Source: Alphaproteobacteria bacterium (GTDB taxonomy: Bacteria; Pseudomonadota; Alphaproteobacteria; Rs-D84). Taken from it: DNA of 64,000 nucleotides. The stretch's first letter is position 1. Every line of letters begins with the position of its first letter. The stretch covers positions 1,867 to 65,866 of the forward strand of contig JAFSOV010000014.1 of NCBI GenBank assembly GCA_017443235.1. Direction: 5' to 3'. The translations under genes were made by a program, and so were the position numbers. Shown here in pieces: positions 16,984 through 25,187 of the stretch. The notes below the pieces were generated by a model. It was not told where the DNA came from and ran no database searches. It worked only from the letters and a program-made list of their open reading frames with translations.

Positions 16984-18879
16984 TCATTCGGCGGTTGACC
17001 ATGGTTCATCGTTCATCACCAACCAATACAGTTCTTCGCTGTCTGTGCCGGGATTGCGAATTATTGGGCGCACCACATAAATATCGACATCACACGCGTG
17101 GCGACCGGATTCATCCTGAACCTCGGTCAGGTCTTGATAAAACTTTTGTGCGAAATCCATTGCTTGCAGGTATGCGGTGTCATCATCGGCGGCATTGGTT
17201 GAATTGCCCGTCCACATAAGCCACATTCCGTAATTGACAACGTTATCTTGGCCTTCGATAGAATCCGCAGACAGCAACAACAGCGGACTCATTTTAATAC
17301 CGTTTGTGAATTCGTCTGTTTCGGTGTCCGCCCAATCATAGAATCCGCCGATAATCCCAATGACAAAGTTCAATGCCGCCAAATCTTCGCCAACACGTGC
17401 AACACGGCCAATATTGCGCATAGTGGAATGGAACAGCCAATCGCGCGCGCGACCGGATTTTGTGGCCTGGCGCGCAACTTTTTCGACCCGATTTAATGTC
17501 TTGGTGCCGGTGTTTGCGACCTTGATACTTTTGCCGATGTTTTTTGCGCCCTGCCAGGTGCGGGTTATAACGTTGCCGGTGCGTGCGTTTTTGAACGCCT
17601 TTAATTCCCGTGAATATTTTATCGCGTCTTTTAATGCGTCATATTCTTTGACATATTCGGCGACATTTTTATCGGCACGTGCCATTTCCGCCATTTCTTT
17701 TTGAATTTTGGCAATCTCGTCAGCGTTGACTTTTTTGAGATCGTCGATTTTATCAAGATCTTTTATATTTTTGAATTCATTGGCGCGGCCGAATTTCTTT
17801 GCGTCTTCCAAGTGCAATTTACGGGCGTTTTCCAATTGTTTTTCAATGCGTGCATATTTTTTTGTGCCCTTTTCCGCCCTGGCCAGATTTTCTTCCAATT
17901 TTGCCATGTTCCGGAAAGATTTTGCAAATTTTTCCGCGTTTTCTGTTGTTCGTGTGATTTTTTTCACTTTGTCTGCTTTTTCAATATATTTACCAACCTC
18001 AGGAATACGCCCCAAAACGCGCAGACTCTTTTTTATTGTTTTGCCCGCATGTGCGGCGCGGGCGCCTTTGGATACCCCAGATAGTGCGGCATAACCACCG
18101 TATGATACAACGGTCAATGCAATATCAACGACAACTTCGGCCACGGAAATCCATTTCAGGTTTCTGTCGCCCGCAATGTAATAATTATTATCATCGTCTT
18201 CCATTTGAACGGTACGATTGCGCAGAACATTGTGAACCATAGAATCGTTTATTTTGGCACCTATGCCCGTTTTGGTGGAACACCAACCATCGGCGTTATG
18301 CGGGTACAAATTGCCGATGTTTTCTTCAACCCATTTCATTGAAACAGTGTTATTTTTATCCGGCCCCACAAAGTCGCGTAATGCGCCCGATTGTGTCACC
18401 ATAACGCCATACCATGCCGGTTCAGTGTTGACCCATGTGGCGTGTTCATCGGTTGAACTGATGCCTGGATTCGGGTCGTTCGTTGGTAATTCGGTTTTTG
18501 TTGCCAACATAAAACGTTGTTCCAAAACCTTGACCTGGGTTTCATAGTTGATATCAATTGTTCGCCCGCCGGGAAAAGTATATTTTATCGGCATATAAAT
18601 TGTGTCGGTTTCATCGGCATCGGCAACCTCGGGACATGAAAGGACGGCACCAAGCGCCTCGGGCGATTGCAGGATATCGTAAATCCAATCGCGCACGACA
18701 TCACGGTCGTCATTCTCATTCATCAAGTATGCGTTTTCCGCCAACGCGTTATTAAATTCCATTGTCGCACATTCGGCATTCACGCGGTGCGACATATTTA
18801 ACAATTCCGCAGTGGTGTTTATATCCCCCGCCGCAAACGCAGAGAGAGGGAACAGCAGAAAGAGTAATAATTGATACAT
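16984..18879 (-). CDS. Secreted or membrane-associated protein with a Lys-rich coiled-coil core, function unknown
   Basis: 631 aa with signal peptide MYQLLLFLLFPLSAFA. The central segment of about 200 aa is Lys/Glu/Ala-rich and flanked by hydrophobic stretches. Its start lies 3 nt after the upstream gene's stop. Confidence 0.75.
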   Translation of the reverse strand: MYQLLLFLLFPLSAFAAGDINTTAELLNMSHRVNAECATMEFNNALAENAYLMNENDDRDVVRDWIYDILQSPEALGAVLSCPEVADADETDTIYMPIKYTFPGGRTIDINYETQVKVLEQRFMLATKTELPTNDPNPGISSTDEHATWVNTEPAWYGVMVTQSGALRDFVGPDKNNTVSMKWVEENIGNLYPHNADGWCSTKTGIGAKINDSMVHNVLRNRTVQMEDDDNNYYIAGDRNLKWISVAEVVVDIALTVVSYGGYAALSGVSKGARAAHAGKTIKKSLRVLGRIPEVGKYIEKADKVKKITRTTENAEKFAKSFRNMAKLEENLARAEKGTKKYARIEKQLENARKLHLEDAKKFGRANEFKNIKDLDKIDDLKKVNADEIAKIQKEMAEMARADKNVAEYVKEYDALKDAIKYSRELKAFKNARTGNVITRTWQGAKNIGKSIKVANTGTKTLNRVEKVARQATKSGRARDWLFHSTMRNIGRVARVGEDLAALNFVIGIIGGFYDWADTETDEFTNGIKMSPLLLLSADSIEGQDNVVNYGMWLMWTGNSTNAADDDTAYLQAMDFAQKFYQDLTEVQDESGRHACDVDIYVVRPIIRNPGTDSEELYWLVMNDEPWSTAE

Positions 18880-18882
18880 AGT

Positions 18883-20589
18883 TTAATAAGTTTCTATTGT
18901 GCCGGGCGTGCAACTTGTGTTGTCTGATGCGTCGCCCCCAATGCAAATTGCTTTATAAGGCTTCAAATCGCCATCGCCCTTGTAACCGGATGAAGGTAAT
19001 TTGTCTATGAATAACCACCAATCTCGTCCGTGTGAAGAATCGCACTCGCTTGATATATTGGATATATTATCTGTAATTGCTTTAATAAATTTTTCCACAT
19101 CCGCTTTACTCAATTCCAACCTTTCCGGCCAACCACTTGATCGGTCACTTGCAAGTAATTCGCCACCATTTGAATAACCATACAGTATATCACTGCGAAC
19201 CTGTTCTTTGAACAGTCGATTTATTATCCCCATATTTGGATAAGAATATGAACCAATGCAATTATCTATGCCGTTTTTATTCGTTCGGCACATTTTAGAC
19301 CATTTACTAAGTGCGGAATTGCCGTCTTTATGTATCAATCGTACTGCCGCAGTATTTTTTGCCAAACAATACCACACAACAAAACGTTCTTCATCATCAT
19401 CACAGTAGTTAGCGATATTTTTACCGTTATCGCATACGCATTTGCCGGATTCTTCATGAGTGTTTGGAACCACCGTGCATGCGCAATTTGCGTCCATATA
19501 CGTTGGGTCAGTACAAGCATTTGTGTTTGGACCAGGACCGATTCCGCCACCATTGTATCCACCATTCTTGCCACCGCCTGACGTGCCGGGCCGGACGCAT
19601 TTATTATCACGCAATTCATATCCGGTGTTGCATGTGCATTTGGCGTAAAATGTTTTATCGTCACGGTCGTTCGGCGAAATTGTATGCGTGGTTGCGCAAT
19701 TGGTTTTTGCGGCATCTGTGCACCATGCCGTACATTTGCCGTTTGTAAGTGTCGGCGTGCATGACACGGTTGCACCACGACCGGTTGAATATTTTGTCGG
19801 GCAACCGCTGTCATTGGTGCCGGCACCGATGTAATGTATGTCGTGTTCCAGTACCGATTTCATACGTTCGTAATATTCATCTTCGGTTTCAAATTTTGGC
19901 GTTTTATATGCGTTCAAATTTTTATATGGTTCGTATCCCGCAGTCGTGTTTGCCAATCGGTCGGTAAATGATAAATCATCAACCGTTTTTGGAAAGTTTG
20001 CCGCCGTCACTGTTGCCGTGGGCGTTGTTACGTTTTGCAAACCTTCTAATTCCGCGGTGCGTTCCGCAACCAATTTTTCATAATCGGTTTTTGTTTGGGC
20101 AAATGGGTTGCCTATTTGAATTGTTGGTTGAGTTTGCTGAACCGGTTTCACAAGATTATTCGTGGACGAATTGCCGTATGTTTTTTTATAATCTTCAAAT
20201 ATAGAATCAATATATCCGCCACAAGATGTTGCAAAATTATGCCCCGGTAATTGTGACAATTGCACCATAACAACCGGTCGCACGTCTGATATACGCGAAT
20301 TTGAACAATAATTACGATTCGCACAATATTCGGTCACCAAATTTTGAACGATTCGGTTGCAATCGCCGGTGGTTAAATCTGCACCGGTTGCATAAATTGG
20401 GGTTGGAAAGCGTTGGTTGTACGGACTGTTGGGTGTCCAAAAAGGATTAGATGAATATTTGTTCACAGATTGAATTTCGCCGTATTTAGACATAACCGTT
20501 GGCGCGTTCTGGGCCGCGCGGGCGTTGCAAATACACGCGCCGCATAGAACCGCGAACGAAGTGGCAAAAAAACGATTATGTTTAATCAA
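18883..20589 (-). CDS. Secreted Cys-rich protein with an EGF-like segment and a Gly-rich spacer, function unknown
   Basis: 568 aa with a signal peptide. Contains CTCNTGYELRDNKCV and further Cys spacings, a GGGKNGGYNGGGIGPGP spacer, and an FPKTVDDLSFTDR module. Confidence 0.8.
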   Translation of the reverse strand: MIKHNRFFATSFAVLCGACICNARAAQNAPTVMSKYGEIQSVNKYSSNPFWTPNSPYNQRFPTPIYATGADLTTGDCNRIVQNLVTEYCANRNYCSNSRISDVRPVVMVQLSQLPGHNFATSCGGYIDSIFEDYKKTYGNSSTNNLVKPVQQTQPTIQIGNPFAQTKTDYEKLVAERTAELEGLQNVTTPTATVTAANFPKTVDDLSFTDRLANTTAGYEPYKNLNAYKTPKFETEDEYYERMKSVLEHDIHYIGAGTNDSGCPTKYSTGRGATVSCTPTLTNGKCTAWCTDAAKTNCATTHTISPNDRDDKTFYAKCTCNTGYELRDNKCVRPGTSGGGKNGGYNGGGIGPGPNTNACTDPTYMDANCACTVVPNTHEESGKCVCDNGKNIANYCDDDEERFVVWYCLAKNTAAVRLIHKDGNSALSKWSKMCRTNKNGIDNCIGSYSYPNMGIINRLFKEQVRSDILYGYSNGGELLASDRSSGWPERLELSKADVEKFIKAITDNISNISSECDSSHGRDWWLFIDKLPSSGYKGDGDLKPYKAICIGGDASDNTSCTPGTIETY

Positions 20590-20614
20590 TCCCCCTGTCC
20601 TTTCACAAGACTTA

Positions 20615-21094
20615 TTATAACAAAAATGCGGTTATAATCAAAGACAAAATTCCACCGATTATGAAAAAAGGCGCAAAAGGAATAAATTTCTGTTTTTTGC
20701 GATACGCCCAGGCCGCACCAAATATGCACGCCAAAACCAAACTGATGGCCAATCCCAATGGGCCACACCACAGCCCCCCAACCGCAATCAATTTTATGTC
20801 GCCCATCCCGATTGGTGTGTCGGCCCCCGGGTTGTGACGCGTTATTATGCGATCAAATATCAATCCAACCACCGCCGCCATAATGTATCCAAATGCCATA
20901 CCCATAACACCCGCGCCTATGTCATGTGGCCACGGGAAAAAGGTTGTTAAAACGGCCCCGATTATCATAAGCGGAAACAGGTACGCATCGGGAATAATCC
21001 GCCGCCGCATATCGGCCGCGCCAATCTTGTACGCCAAATAAATGGCCAATAAAATCAGCAATATGAACATCGCATAAAATATGTATAAAAACAT
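20615..21094 (-). CDS. A24-family prepilin-peptidase-like membrane protein (CpaA-like, no methyltransferase domain)
   Basis: Polytopic membrane protein, 159 aa from MFLYIF. Two Asp-containing motifs typical of the family: RRIIPDAYLFPL and IGMGDIKLIAVGG. Confidence 0.72.
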   Translation of the reverse strand: MFLYIFYAMFILLILLAIYLAYKIGAADMRRRIIPDAYLFPLMIIGAVLTTFFPWPHDIGAGVMGMAFGYIMAAVVGLIFDRIITRHNPGADTPIGMGDIKLIAVGGLWCGPLGLAISLVLACIFGAAWAYRKKQKFIPFAPFFIIGGILSLIITAFLL

Positions 21095-21170
21095 TATTTC
21101 CCCCTTGCGTTTCGAATCGGTTTTATGATACACTTATCATATCATATAAAGTGAATAAGGTTTATAGAAA

Positions 21171-21764
21171 ATGAGCAAATCTTGGGACAGTAGTATTTTG
21201 AAGAAGTTAAAGGCCTTGGTCGGCAAGGGTTTGTCAACCGCGGAAATCGGTAAAAAACTGGGGATTTCCAAGAACGCCGTTGTTGGAAAATTACATCGTA
21301 TGGGGTGGAATGCAACCGCGGCCGAATCGACCGATGCCAAGTCCAAGAAAGAAACGGCGAAAAAAACCACAACAAAAACCGCAACCAAAAAGGCAACGCC
21401 GGCCAAGACGGTAAAGCCCGCCAAATTGGATAAGGTTGCCAAAGGCGCAAAAACGGTCAAGGCCGCGCCAAAGGCCGCCGATAAAACATCGGCCGTGAAA
21501 AAGGCGTTGAAAACCGTTGCGGAAAACAAGCCCAAAAAGGTGGTTGGTCGCCCGATTGCCGTGCGCGGAACAAATGTTCATCAACGCATTGTGCAACACG
21601 CGTTGGAAATGGCGAACCTTAAACCGAATCAGTGTCGTTGGCCAATTGGTGACCCGGATTCCGAAGATTTTCATTTCTGTGGTCAAACCGTGTTTGTGGG
21701 CAAACCGTATTGTTATGAACACTGTAAACAGGCGTATCAATTCACGCCACCAAAGAAAAAGTAA
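21171..21764 (+). CDS. gcrA: GcrA-family cell-cycle regulator
   Basis: N-terminal W-x-LKALVGKGLSTAEIGKKLGISKNAVVGKLHRMGW and C-terminal CRWPIGDPDSEDFHFCG...KPYCYEHCKQAY, joined by a Lys/Ala/Thr-rich linker. Confidence 0.85.
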   Translation: MSKSWDSSILKKLKALVGKGLSTAEIGKKLGISKNAVVGKLHRMGWNATAAESTDAKSKKETAKKTTTKTATKKATPAKTVKPAKLDKVAKGAKTVKAAPKAADKTSAVKKALKTVAENKPKKVVGRPIAVRGTNVHQRIVQHALEMANLKPNQCRWPIGDPDSEDFHFCGQTVFVGKPYCYEHCKQAYQFTPPKKK

Positions 21765-23860
21765 TGCCGTGGGGGCCATTCAAAATGCCGAGAGAGAAAA
21801 AATCTTTTCAAAAATTACGTTCTGTGGATTATGACATCGATGGGTATGCGTTTCGTGCGTGGAAGAATGATGCCGATGAATTGGTATTTGTCGTTGATGA
21901 AACGATTGATGAATTTAAGCCTAATGTTCTGTTGGTATTAAATGCGCATGACGACCGCAAATGGGACGATATATTGGCAAATGATTATGGGGTCAACCTT
22001 GAAGACGTTCGGCCCAAGGCCGACAATAAATATCAAAAGTTGGATATTGAATATAATGGGTTGGATGTATATGCGCAATTGATTGATGAATACGAACGTG
22101 GCGCGGATTTGACGGCGATAATTGCCGACCTGATTGATTTTCGTGATACGGCGGCGCGGCGTGCGGCCATGGCGCGATTGGCGGCCGCGAATGAAACCAT
22201 TGCGGCGGCCGAAGATACGATACTGCGTGCAGAACGTGCCAAGGCGGGTCTGCGTGACCGGCGGCGGAATTTGCGCGCGCGCCTTAATAAACAAAAAGAA
22301 TATATCGGTCGCGAACCGACCAAGCAATCTGCATCCAAGATTCTTAGAACCGAATCGCAGATTGATACGACAAACGAAAAATTGGCACGGGCAGATAAAC
22401 GTATAGAAAATGCCAAGCGGCGTATAGAAATTGCAACCGAAGATGCGAATGCGGCGCGCGATTTGTTGGCACGGCGCCGGGCGGTCACGGTTGTCGATCA
22501 AGACGATGCGGCAAATCAAATTTCGGTGCCTGCAAAACGCAAGGTACCGTCTGTTAAAACCAAAGTGAATAATCGGGCCAAAGAACCGGAAAATAAACAT
22601 GATGAAGTGGCATATTTCCCGGTGCCGGATTATGAATATAAATCACAACCCAGGGATGAAAAAATGTCGGATGAAGAAGTAAAACCGTTGTTGGACCAAG
22701 ACCCCGAAATATTGGACGAAGAAATTGCGTTCAAACCGGTGGAATTTGATGATATTAAACCGCGGGTTGAAGAAAACAAGGCGCCCACGGACACGAAAAA
22801 ACAGTATGCAGAGCCCGAAACAGAATCATCCGGCGAACGGGGTGATACGGTTGCACGTCCGTTGGCGTTTTCCAGTGCAGAAGATACGCCGCGGGTGGAC
22901 GTCTATGAAGAAAAGACAGAAGAAGAAACGCCTGTGATGGATACAATAAAAACGGTTGAAAAACCGGATGTGGCGGATACAGATACCACGGGTCGCACAA
23001 TCAATACGCAATACGATAATGCGGAACCGATTCGCCCGGCAAGTCCGGTTGCGCCGACCGCAAATACATATACGCGCCCTATTTCGCCAATTACGGGTAA
23101 TGCACCGGTTCGCCCGGTGGGCGCGGAACACAACCGTCCGTCATTTGCGTATTACCTGTTGTTGATATTATTGATTGCGTTGTCTGTGTTCACACTGTGG
23201 TTGTATCAAAAGAAGAATGGCGGCAGTGTTCCATTCTTGAATGCGTCCACAAATGGCACAATTGAAGATACAAACGAAAATGCAACGGATAATAATTTGG
23301 TCGGTTTTGATGACCAACCGGTTGTTGAACAAATTGCTTTGCCGGAACCAGAACCGGTGGTGGCGCCTGAACCACAGCCCGAACCTGAACCGGAACCTGT
23401 GGCAATGCCGGTTGTCGCGGATGAACCGATTAAGATAGAATATCCAAATGCAAATATTTTACGCGGGGCGGACCCCGATGTTCCGGTGGTCGAATCGGAA
23501 GAAGACGTTTTGGCGCGCAAAGACGCATATGATGTTGCACGCGAAGATCGTCCTATCTATGTGCCGGAACCGCGTGTGACGAATATTGTGTCGCCTGATG
23601 TGATTTTTGATGATGATGTTATATCTGTACCGGTTGCGCCGGCGGATTATGCGGACCAAGATATGTATTATCAAGACGAAGATGTTTATTATGATAATCA
23701 ACAGGCCGCATATTATGATGAAAACGCCGCATATCAAGAATATGTTGATGAATCAAATGCATATGTTGCGGAACAACCGCGCGAACCGCAGACAACACGT
23801 CATTTGGATGTGTATGATGGTGGGCAATACAGTATCGGTTATACCGAAACAACATATTAA
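21764..23860 (+). CDS. Bitopic protein with an N-terminal coiled-coil, one TM segment and an acidic/Pro-rich C-terminal region; function unknown
   Basis: 698-aa ORF. Its ATG overlaps the gcrA TAA by 1 nt (TAATG). TM segment FAYYLLLILLIALSVFTLWLY. PEPEPV-type repeats and an acidic Tyr-rich tail. An alternative start is at 21785. Confidence 0.72.
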   Translation: MPWGPFKMPREKKSFQKLRSVDYDIDGYAFRAWKNDADELVFVVDETIDEFKPNVLLVLNAHDDRKWDDILANDYGVNLEDVRPKADNKYQKLDIEYNGLDVYAQLIDEYERGADLTAIIADLIDFRDTAARRAAMARLAAANETIAAAEDTILRAERAKAGLRDRRRNLRARLNKQKEYIGREPTKQSASKILRTESQIDTTNEKLARADKRIENAKRRIEIATEDANAARDLLARRRAVTVVDQDDAANQISVPAKRKVPSVKTKVNNRAKEPENKHDEVAYFPVPDYEYKSQPRDEKMSDEEVKPLLDQDPEILDEEIAFKPVEFDDIKPRVEENKAPTDTKKQYAEPETESSGERGDTVARPLAFSSAEDTPRVDVYEEKTEEETPVMDTIKTVEKPDVADTDTTGRTINTQYDNAEPIRPASPVAPTANTYTRPISPITGNAPVRPVGAEHNRPSFAYYLLLILLIALSVFTLWLYQKKNGGSVPFLNASTNGTIEDTNENATDNNLVGFDDQPVVEQIALPEPEPVVAPEPQPEPEPEPVAMPVVADEPIKIEYPNANILRGADPDVPVVESEEDVLARKDAYDVAREDRPIYVPEPRVTNIVSPDVIFDDDVISVPVAPADYADQDMYYQDEDVYYDNQQAAYYDENAAYQEYVDESNAYVAEQPREPQTTRHLDVYDGGQYSIGYTETTY

Positions 23861-23864
23861 AATA

Positions 23865-23898
23865 AAAAATATCACACAGAAATGTGTGATATTTTTTT
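23865..23898. terminator. Bidirectional terminator between 21764..23860 and acpS
   Basis: Perfect stem AAAAAATATCACACA / TGTGTGATATTTTTT with loop GAAA. Confidence 0.65.
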
Positions 23899-23911
23899 GT
23901 TTCATTTGACT

Positions 23912-24289
23912 TTATTCTTTTTCAATAACAACCATTGCGGCGGAAAAATTTTCTTGATCTGTAATGGATAAATGGACGCGTGCAGTTATGCCCGCCAATT
24001 CTTTTAACGCGGCACGTGCCCCGCCGGCAATCATAATTTCCGGCCGGCCCGCATCATCGTGAACAACGGAAATATCAGAAAACGCAATATCTTCGCCGAA
24101 TCCGGTGCCAAGTGCCTTTAGGCAGGCCTCGCGCGCGGCCCAGAAATTTGCCAAATGCTTTTCGGCGTTTGCGTTATCTGTTTCGGCATATTCCAATTCT
24201 TTTTTTGTAAAAATACGCTGTTTCTTAAATGCAGACCAATCCAAAAAACGTCCCGATTCGACCAAGTCTATCCCGATGCCAACAATCAT
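23912..24289 (-). CDS. acpS: Holo-[acyl-carrier-protein] synthase
   Basis: MIVGIGIDLVE start and 125-aa length; AcpS-like throughout. Confidence 0.88.
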   Translation of the reverse strand: MIVGIGIDLVESGRFLDWSAFKKQRIFTKKELEYAETDNANAEKHLANFWAAREACLKALGTGFGEDIAFSDISVVHDDAGRPEIMIAGGARAALKELAGITARVHLSITDQENFSAAMVVIEKE

Positions 24290-24461
24290 ATGATTCCTCC
24301 CTTTTGGATATATGAAATACAGGTTTAACTGATACGGGAATATAGAAACTTTTTTCCGATTCGTGCAAGCATAAAATTACATAATATATATTTTTATAAA
24401 AAATACTTGCGTTTTATAATCATTATATATTATAATAATTATTGAATCAAAGGAGTCATAT

Positions 24462-24755
24462 ATGAAAACACACAATCTTTTAATTGCGGCCGGCGTTGTT
24501 GCGGCGACATTTACGGCGGGTTCTGCGGTTGCGGCACCGAATCATGGCGGATCAAATTATTCGCATGTGTATCAAACTCAGCACGTTCAAACAATGCCAC
24601 GTCCGGGATATCAACATAATGGCGGGCACCATCACAGTCATCATGGTGGTGGTCACACAGTTGTGGTAACTCAACCACATCACCATCATCATCACAATCA
24701 TACCGCAGGGAATATCATCCTGGCTACGGCATTGTTGGTATCTGCATTTATGTAA
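24462..24755 (+). CDS. Small secreted His-rich protein with a C-terminal hydrophobic tail
   Basis: 97 aa with signal peptide ending AVA/AP. Contains GGHHHSHHGGGH and HHHHHHNH runs and the tail AGNIILATALLVSAFM. Strong RBS AAAGGAG and a very AT-rich upstream region. Confidence 0.65.
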   Translation: MKTHNLLIAAGVVAATFTAGSAVAAPNHGGSNYSHVYQTQHVQTMPRPGYQHNGGHHHSHHGGGHTVVVTQPHHHHHHNHTAGNIILATALLVSAFM

Positions 24756-24757
24756 TG

Positions 24758-24789
24758 TCAGTGGTTAGTGTAAGTGGTCAGTGTTAGTG
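24758..24789. repeat. Short tandem array of the TTAGTGG-type unit (locus 2)
   Basis: TCAGTGG TTAGTG TAAGTGG TCAGTG TTAGTG, starting 3 nt after the His-rich gene's stop. An 8-bp-stem GC hairpin follows: CGGGCGCA...TGCGCCCG (24791..24838). Confidence 0.6.
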
Positions 24790-24907
24790 CGGGCGCAGTC
24801 CAGTCGCGACGAAGTGATAGCGAAGACGGATGCGCCCGTGTTTTATATTATATAAATAAAAAACATTTGTTTTTTGCATAATCTTGTTTTAATATGATTT
24901 GCGTTGT

Positions 24908-24984
24908 CGGGGCGTAGCTCAGCCTGGTAGAGTACTTGCATGGGGTGCAAGGGGTCGCAGGTTCGATTCCTGTCGCCCCGACCA
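24908..24984 (+). tRNA. tRNA-Pro (anticodon GGG), CCA encoded
   Basis: Acceptor CGGGGCG/CGCCCCG. Anticodon arm CTTGC-ATGGGGT-GCAAG. T-arm contains GGTTCGATTCC. Confidence 0.9.
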
Positions 24985-25024
24985 TAAAATAAGAATGTCG
25001 CCAACGGCGGCATTATTATTTTAT
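24966..25024 (+). repeat. Direct repeat copy 1: tRNA-Pro 3-prime end plus its terminator hairpin
   Basis: ATTCCTGTCGCCCCGACCATAAAATAAGAATGTCGCCAACGGCGGCATTATTATTTTAT. It recurs at 25119 with 2 mismatches. Confidence 0.8.
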
Positions 25025-25118
25025 CACCGCGTAGCGGTGGAATCGAACCGTGGTTCGGGACAAGCACGCAATGCGTGCGCAGTGAAAGGGGCCCACGAAT
25101 GAAGTGAGTGGGAATTAC

Positions 25119-25177
25119 ATTCCTGTCGCCCCGACCATAAAATAATAATGTCGCCAACGGCGACATTATTATTTTAT
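25119..25177 (+). repeat. Direct repeat copy 2: orphan tRNA-Pro 3-prime fragment plus terminator hairpin
   Basis: ATTCCTGTCGCCCCGACCATAAAATAATAATGTCGCCAACGGCGACATTATTATTTTAT. There is no tRNA body upstream of it. Its hairpin ATGTCGCC/GGCGACAT also ends the convergent 25188 gene. Confidence 0.8.
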
Positions 25178-25187
25178 AACCGATTTA

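Noticed and set aside
20615-21094. Calling the neighbourhood a type IV pilus, Tad or T2SS locus because of the prepilin-peptidase-like gene.
   Set aside because: No pilin/Flp, secretin, ATPase or platform-protein genes are present in the window. Only the orphan peptidase call is supported.
25025-25118. Possible second tRNA or tRNA pseudogene on the minus strand, suggested by the GGTTCGATTCC-like T-loop.
   Set aside because: The flanking bases cannot form a T-stem: only 2 of 5 pairs are possible. No acceptor, D or anticodon arms could be drawn. It is treated as an inverted fragment within the att-like scar and not called as a gene.
24843-25166. ORFs of 107 aa (minus strand) and 67 aa (plus strand, 24899..25102) spanning the tRNA-Pro locus.
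   Set aside because: They overlap a bona fide tRNA and the duplicated tRNA 3-prime/terminator repeats. Their repetitive translation (PLATLLFYGRGDRN twice) simply reflects the DNA repeat.
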